Made by a program: the position numbers and the translations under genes
Shown: one piece after another, positions 62,626-64,000 of the stretch
How the letters are laid out: every line of letters starts with the position of its first letter
Numbering within the stretch: the first letter of the stretch is position 1
From: an uncultured Acidobacteriota bacterium
GTDB taxonomy: Bacteria; Acidobacteriota; Vicinamibacteria; Vicinamibacterales; UBA2999
Assembly (NCBI GenBank): GCA_963731785.1
Contig: CAVSWX010000009.1
Coordinates: forward strand, 49,449 to 113,448
DNA length: 64,000 bases
Direction of reading: 5' to 3'
Notes under the pieces: generated by a model
What the model was told of the DNA's origin: nothing
The model's database searches: none
What the model saw: only the letters and a program-made list of their open reading frames with translations

Positions 62626-64000
62626 CTATATGGCGGCCGCAACCGCCGACTTTGACTTCTTCGCCCGTGCCTCCAGCGCCGCCGGGCTGATCAGCTTGAG
62701 CCCCAGAGTGGCGTCGTAGCCGTGGATCTCCTTCACGTCCAGCTTGCGCATGAACTCGATGGTGTCGGCCTTGATCACCTGCCCGGGCACCATGATCGGG
62801 AAGCCGGGCGGGTAGGGAATCACGAAGTGGGCCGAGACGAGCGGCGGTCCGGAGGCGATCCGCTTGTCGATCTCCGGGCTCATCAGCTTGATGTGCTCGC
62901 AGCCGTCGTCGTCGTAGGCCATGTAGAAGGCGCGCGCATGTCGCCTTCGAGCGTCGTGCCCTGCGGGTCGTCGCGGAACAGGTCGTGGAAGTGGCTGAAG
63001 TTCGGCAGGTCCGGGACGTCCTCGACCAGCGACTTCACGCGTGCCGCGAAGGCGCTGCGAGCGGCCTCACCGCCGCTCTTGAGACGACCGTCGATCTCCT
63101 GCGAGATCTCGACGAGCACCTTCAGGAGGTTGGCCACGTCGCTGCGCGTGTTGTTGATGTTGGTCTGCAGCAGGATCGAGTTGCGCGAGGTCTTGTTGAG
63201 CTGAATCTCGTACTCGGAAGCGAGCAGGCCCTTGAACTGGGTGCCGTCGTAGCCGGCGGTCCCGCACATCAACGTGAGCCTGGTCGGATCGAGGATGAAC
63301 TCGTCTTCGCGGAAGGCGCGGTCCGCATCCGCCCAGGTGGCGCCGCCCTCGGTGTAGCTCTTGAGGCCGGACTGCCGGAACTCGGCCGGCACCATCTGCT
63401 CGACGTCGAGCACCCGGAAGTACTTGGACACCAGCGGATGCGTGTTCACCGCGACGCGGATCTCGATGGCGAGCTGGATGGCCTGCATGACCATCTCGTA
63501 GCCTTCGAGCTCCATCTGCCGGCGGGCCACGTCGAGCGAGGCGATGATCTGCTGGTTGGGAGAGGTCGAGGCGTGCGTGAAGACCGCCTCCTTGAAGGCC
63601 TGTTCGTGCCGGTGGTAATCCTCGTCGGCCACCACCACCATCGAACCCTGCCGCAGGGCCGACATCGACTTGTGCGTCGAGTTCGTCTGGTAGACGCGCA
63701 GCTTGGCCTTGCGCGGATCGGGGATGAGCCGGGTGTCGAGCACGCGTGGGTCCTTGGGATCGAGGTCGGCGCCGAGCAGCTTCTCCTGCGCGAGGTACCG
63801 CTCCAGATACGCGGCGTCGGCGAAGGCCTCCTTGAGGGCCGCGCGCGCGCCCATCGCCGTGCGCGGTCGATAGAGCGGTGACCAGCGGGCGAAACCGAAC
63901 CAGGCCTCGTCCCACAGGAAGATGAGATTTGGCTTGATCGCCAGGCACTCTTCCATCACGCGCCGCACGTCGTAGACGTGACCGTCGAAGGTGCAGTTGG
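62626..64000 (-). CDS. Orn/Lys/Arg decarboxylase family (fold-type I PLP) enzyme; 5' end outside the window; frame break near 62931
   Basis: ..DEAWFGFA..YQTNSTHKSMSALRQGSM (PLP SxHK)..TSPNQQIIASLD... The C-terminal domain FVIPYPPGFPIMVPGQ is in ORF 62626..62922. The frame stays open to position 64000. Confidence 0.8.

Overview
Very GC-rich (about 65-70% by eye) chromosomal segment from a diderm bacterium. The gene families and heavy sigma-54 use suggest a soil Acidobacteriota- or Gemmatimonadota-like organism, but that is inference only. I call about 50 protein genes. I saw no rRNA, tRNA, CRISPR array, transposase, integrase or phage gene.

Layout:
- 1-19.7 kb: aromatic and organic-acid catabolism (pobA, a Tat-exported intradiol dioxygenase, acetoacetyl-CoA synthetase, lactonase, acyl-CoA ligase, TetR-ThDP decarboxylase-MFS, SDR). 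This stretch also holds an S8 protease and a divergent tkt / gnd-zwf pentose-phosphate cluster.
- 19.8-33.3 kb: large secreted proteins, small outer-membrane (OM) barrels, a GH63-like glucosidase, MscS, PPK2 and an Omp85 module.
- 33.4-39.6 kb: a regulatory island (STAS, GAF-sigma54 activator, two response regulators, PAS histidine kinase).
- 39.8-57.3 kb: an envelope-protein-rich region with recurring paralogue families (DUF4136 x3, an unnamed ~195-aa secreted family x2, small barrels, a second Omp85-like barrel with a coupled secreted partner), a DUF3604-PpiC-HupE operon, a DAACS-SBP fusion transporter, a TLC-type transporter and a PP2C phosphatase.
- 57.3-64 kb: two consecutive decarboxylase plus AspT/AAE-transporter pairs.

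Two cross-cutting observations:
1. About half of the genes carry +/-1 reading-frame breaks, with a dense hotspot in tkt-gnd-zwf. The pattern looks more like indel sequencing error than decay, so long ORF-track entries are often artificial fusions or fragments.
2. At least eight close matches to the sigma-54 -24/-12 consensus (TGGC-N7-TTGC) lie in intergenic DNA and point at the adjacent operons.

Frame-break positions are approximate (about +/-15 nt). All calls rest on reading the sequence and ORF track only.
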